40,520 nt of DNA from an uncultured Ignavibacteriales bacterium (GTDB lineage Bacteria > Zixibacteria > MSB-5A5 > GN15 > JAAZOE01). The notes below the pieces were generated by a model, which was not told the DNA's origin, did no database searches, and worked only from the letters and a program-made list of their open reading frames with translations. Every line of letters starts with the position of its first letter. Position 1 is the stretch's first letter. Position numbers and translations under genes: made by a program. The stretch spans positions 1 through 40,520 of the forward strand of contig CAZGLR010000014.1 in NCBI GenBank assembly GCA_964526635.1. The letters run 5' to 3'. This document shows positions 38,134 to 40,520 of the stretch, in pieces.

Positions 38134-39588
38134 ATGCGAACAGATCCGATCTCTGAAGAACAACGTAAGACGGCTTTTGCGGCCACCAAAAAGCCGGATG
38201 TGATGGAGCGGCAAAAGCTGGCGGTGCGATATCATGTCGAGGATTACGATATTGCCGACCGGCCACGGAAATTTCTGGAGGCCTTTGCCGCAATTTTGCG
38301 GCATACCAATTATCGTTTTGCTCTGGATCATTTCGCGCGGGTCTCGGCAAAGTGCGCCCGATGTTCGGTCCAGTGCCCGGTGTATCAGGCGACCGATGAT
38401 GTCACCGACATCCCCTGCCATCGATCTGAATTGCTGCTGAAGGTCTATAAACGGCACTTTACCCTGGGCGGTATGTTCCAGGGCCGCCTGACCGGCAGTG
38501 GCCACCTGACCGACAGCGATATCGAAGAGATGGCCGACTCGTTCTGGAATTGCACCGCCTGCCGGCGCTGCACGCTGGAATGCCCGGTCGGCATCGATCA
38601 TGCCCTGATTACCCATCTTGGCCGTTTCATCCTCAGCGAAATTGGTATTGCCCCCCGGGCGCTGGTCGTCAGTACCCGTGAACAGCTCGAAGGTAAAACC
38701 GGTAACACTTCGGCTATACCGCTGCCGGCCCTGGTCGATACCCTCGAATTTCTTGAAGAGGATATGAAAGAGGAAAAGGGCGTCGATATTAAATTCCCGC
38801 TCGATGTCGATGGCAGCGAATACCTCTTTATGCCGGCGGTCTCCGATTTTTTGATGGAGGCCGAGACCCTGATGGGTATCGCAGCTGTCTTTGCCGCCAC
38901 CGGCGGTTCCTGGACAATCAGCACGGAATACTTCGATGCAATCAACTACGGCCTCTTTTACAATGATCGCATTCTTGAACGGGTCATTCGCAAGCTGTAT
39001 GCCGAATCCGAGCGGCTGCATACCAGGGCTATACTGATCGGTGAATGCGGCCATGCTTCGCGTACGGCCAAATATTTCGTGCCGGTGCATTGCGGTGGCG
39101 ATAAAGCCAGGCCCGTGTTGAATATCATGGAATACACATATCGCATGCTGAAAGAAGGCAAACTCAAACTCGATCCCAACGTGATCACCGAACGGGTGAC
39201 ATATCACGATCCTTGCAACATCGCCCGTCAGGGCTGGGTCGTTGACCAGCCGCGTGAGATTATCCGGGCTTTCTGCAAAGACTTTGTTGAGATGACCCCG
39301 CGCCGTACCGAAAACATCTGTTGCGGTGGCGGTGGCGGATCGGTATCGATCGATGAAATCCGTCCCTATCGCACGACGATCGGCGGCAAGGCCAAGGCCG
39401 ACCAAATTCGTAACACCGGCGCCAGGTACGTTATTGCGCCATGCGCCAACTGCAAAAAGCAATTGCGGGAACTGGTCGAAGATCAGCGAATCGACTGCGA
39501 AGTCATCGGGCTGCATGATCTGATCTACAAAGCAATTATTTTCGATACTGTCCCGCAGCCATCACCCGAAACCGTGGAGAAAGGATAA
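38134..39588 (+). CDS. HdrD/DsrK/GlpC-like Fe-S oxidoreductase with CCG domain
   Basis: Cys clusters CARCSVQCP and CTACRRCTLECP; CCG-domain signature HDPCNIARQG...ICCGGGGGS...APCANCKKQL; start at ATG 38134 preferred. Confidence 0.75.
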   Translation: MRTDPISEEQRKTAFAATKKPDVMERQKLAVRYHVEDYDIADRPRKFLEAFAAILRHTNYRFALDHFARVSAKCARCSVQCPVYQATDDVTDIPCHRSELLLKVYKRHFTLGGMFQGRLTGSGHLTDSDIEEMADSFWNCTACRRCTLECPVGIDHALITHLGRFILSEIGIAPRALVVSTREQLEGKTGNTSAIPLPALVDTLEFLEEDMKEEKGVDIKFPLDVDGSEYLFMPAVSDFLMEAETLMGIAAVFAATGGSWTISTEYFDAINYGLFYNDRILERVIRKLYAESERLHTRAILIGECGHASRTAKYFVPVHCGGDKARPVLNIMEYTYRMLKEGKLKLDPNVITERVTYHDPCNIARQGWVVDQPREIIRAFCKDFVEMTPRRTENICCGGGGGSVSIDEIRPYRTTIGGKAKADQIRNTGARYVIAPCANCKKQLRELVEDQRIDCEVIGLHDLIYKAIIFDTVPQPSPETVEKG

Positions 39589-39591
39589 CCA

Positions 39592-40296
39592 GTGCAGGAG
39601 ATACTCGATTTTTGCCGCGGCCCGCTGTTCCGATTTTCCTTTTTACTTATGGTCTTCGGACTGCTCCGCATCCTGGTCCTTGATATCTGGCAGGCGTTGA
39701 TCGCATGGCGCCGGGCCGGGGACAAGCGACTTGCGTGGAAGTCGGCGACAGTCAATACTTTACACTGGCTGTTTCCGATTAAAAAGACGTTTACCCGAAA
39801 ACCGGTCTATAGCCTGGTTTCTATATTGTTTCACGTCGGCTTGATCACTGTCCCGATTTTTCTGGCCGCTCATATTACACTCTGGCACGAGAGTACCGGT
39901 ATCAGATGGTGGGCCATGCCGCACAGCCTGGCTGACTGGCTGACGATCTCCACGATTGTCTTTGCCCTGACCTTGTTTGCCTGGCGGGTGCTCAGCCGTG
40001 ATGCCCGCTTTCTCAGCCGCAGCCAGGACTATCTTTGGCCGATTTTGCTGAGTATCCCGTTTATTACCGGCTATGCCTGCGTCAATACCGCTTTGAGTGC
40101 GCGAGCGTATGAATTCAGTATGCTGCTGCATGTGCTGTCGGCGAACCTGATTTTCGTCATGATACCGTTTTCGAAAATCGCCCATTGTGTCATCCAGCCG
40201 TTGTCGCAATTCATGCTGGCCCTGGCCTGGAAATTCCCGGCCCGCATCGATGATAAAATTGCCACGACTCTCAAGAAGAAAGGAGCGCCGGTATGA
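39592..40296 (+). CDS. NarI/DsrM/HdrE-like integral membrane cytochrome b
   Basis: 5 TM helices with conserved His (LFHVGLITVPIFLAAHITLWH, LLHVLSANLIFVMIPFSKIAH), as in nitrate-reductase gamma-like subunits that pair with HdrD/DsrK. Confidence 0.65.
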   Translation: MQEILDFCRGPLFRFSFLLMVFGLLRILVLDIWQALIAWRRAGDKRLAWKSATVNTLHWLFPIKKTFTRKPVYSLVSILFHVGLITVPIFLAAHITLWHESTGIRWWAMPHSLADWLTISTIVFALTLFAWRVLSRDARFLSRSQDYLWPILLSIPFITGYACVNTALSARAYEFSMLLHVLSANLIFVMIPFSKIAHCVIQPLSQFMLALAWKFPARIDDKIATTLKKKGAPV

Positions 40297-40520
40297 AGGC
40301 TATCCTGACTGATGTCACCAAATGTATCGGCTGCCGGGAATGTGTTGTCGCATGTAAGGAAAAGCATAACCTCGAAACCGATGTCCCGCGGTTGTTTCAT
40401 CGCACCGATGGCCTGTCGGCCTCAAACTGGACGTCGATTCTGCAGCGCCCCGATGAGCGCTATATCCGCAAGCAGTGCCGTCATTGTATCGAGCCGGGTT
40501 GTGTCTCGGCCTGTCCGGTC
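40293..40520 (+). CDS. 4Fe-4S ferredoxin-type iron-sulfur subunit (DsrO/HybA/DmsB-like), 5-prime partial at window end
   Basis: ATGA overlap with the upstream gene; CIGCRECVVAC and CRHCIEPGCVSACP cluster motifs; continues beyond the window. Confidence 0.7.
   Translation, partial: MKAILTDVTKCIGCRECVVACKEKHNLETDVPRLFHRTDGLSASNWTSILQRPDERYIRKQCRHCIEPGCVSACPV

Noticed and set aside
38080-39516. 478-aa antisense ORF opposite the HdrD-like gene
   Set aside because: The plus-strand frame has the CxxCxxCxxxCP and CCG-domain signatures; the antisense product has no motifs and is Arg/Gly-rich

Overview
This 40.5-kb contig (GC roughly 55%) looks like part of an uncultivated anaerobic bacterium and has no rRNA, tRNA, CRISPR or obvious mobile elements. 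Almost all coding sequence is on the strand predicted by the sequence motifs; antisense ORFs in the track are spurious.

Three themes stand out.

1. Respiratory cytochrome (0.5-3.5 kb): an ArsR-family regulator is translationally coupled to a very large octaheme cytochrome c fused to a diheme cytochrome b membrane domain, resembling Geobacter CbcL.

2. Chemotaxis, sensing and cell surface (5-28 kb): two paralogous methyl-accepting chemotaxis proteins; an orphan LivK-type solute-binding protein; a PAS-LuxR regulator; outer-membrane proteins (TorF-like barrel, porin-like barrel, OmpA-family coiled-coil protein); and four secreted proteins that each carry a type-I dockerin-like calcium-binding module usually ending in Cys-Cys-Pro. 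These are a TolB-like beta-propeller, an M4 thermolysin-like metalloprotease, an Ig-repeat protein with an internal dockerin and a novel Cys-rich tail (co-operonic with a His-rich periplasmic protein), and a pectate-lyase-like beta-helix protein.

3. Redox and metallocofactor cluster (28-40.5 kb): an NfeD-flotillin-unknown operon; a PAS-containing sigma-54 activator; then a probable sigma-54-dependent operon of more than 6 kb. It encodes three NifX/NifB-like cofactor-binding domain proteins, a DUF5320-like Gly/Arg-rich protein, a tandem-repeat Gly/Arg-rich zinc-ribbon protein, two MinD-type ATPases with inserted 4Fe-4S ferredoxin domains, an HdrD/DsrK-like CCG-domain Fe-S protein, a NarI/DsrM-like cytochrome b and a 4Fe-4S ferredoxin (truncated at the window end). 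This last cluster is the best candidate for a poorly described functional system.
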